Below, in pieces: positions 5,675-6,120 of a DNA stretch of 6,120 bases. Both the position numbers and the translations under genes were made by a program. Source of the DNA: Candidatus Wukongarchaeum yapensis (GTDB taxonomy: Archaea; Asgardarchaeota; Wukongarchaeia; Wukongarchaeales; Wukongarchaeaceae). The DNA lies in NCBI GenBank assembly GCA_016840425.1, contig JAEOSI010000143.1, forward strand, positions 1 to 6,120. Reading direction: 5' to 3'. The notes beneath the pieces were generated by a model. It searched no databases, was not told where the DNA came from, and saw only the letters and a program-made list of their open reading frames with translations. Numbering within the stretch: the stretch's first letter is position 1; each line of letters opens with the position of its first letter.

Positions 5675-6120
5675 CTAAATTGAAAAATGAAAAAAACTGA
5701 GAAAAACTGGAAGAATGGGAGACTCCATAAACCCCATAAACCAAAATCTTAGCACAAATATGATCAACATACTAAAGAAACATTTGCATGAAGCAAAGCG
5801 AAACAGTAAGGATTCCGCTATTTTTAAAAAAAGCGCTAGTCGAAGCTTTTAATGTTTTTAGGATTTTCTGCCAACCATATTGGAGGAAAGGACAAACCAG
5901 ACATTCTTACTGATAATAATTTCAACATAATTCGACTCAAAAACCACAAAAGAGGGGGTGATAATTGAAGAATACATCAATTTTGATTCGCTAGGAAAAT
6001 ACAAAAATATGGGGTTTTTAAAAACTTACATTTTTTCAAAATTTAGGGATCATCGGCGGTTCTAAGAATTCCCCCTAATATTTGGCACAAAAATGGTGTA
6101 AGGAAAAAGAAAGAAGAACC

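Noticed and set aside
5725-5742. Short tandem CCATAAAC repeat; possible CRISPR or iteron array
   Set aside because: Only two 8-nt units. No regularly spaced repeats, tRNA or rRNA were seen anywhere in the window.

Overview
Probably archaeal DNA, judging by TATA/BRE promoters, GGTGG/GGGGG Shine-Dalgarno (SD) motifs, oligo-T terminators and a histone gene. On the + strand, left to right: the 3' end of a LolD/MacB-type ABC ATPase gene (1-153); a second such ATPase fused to a ~400-aa soluble N-terminal region I do not recognise (204-2099); a ~9-TM HisKA_7TM-like membrane protein that ends in two 49-aa helical repeats instead of a kinase (2218-3522); a 108-aa hypothetical protein (3646-3972); and an Mrp/NBP35 ATPase (4730-5587). 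Two features are absent from the ORF track. One is a 57-aa histone-fold gene with a truncated alpha3 helix on the - strand (4053-4226). The other is a ~200-bp IS200/IS605-type mini-element on the - strand (about 4447-4652). It has lost tnpA and nearly all of tnpB but keeps a left end, a right end and an apparently complete TnpB omega-RNA scaffold behind a TATA-like box. Strand composition also flips from A/C-rich to G/T-rich inside the ABC gene at about 1910-1940. All family calls come from motif recognition by eye, with no database search.
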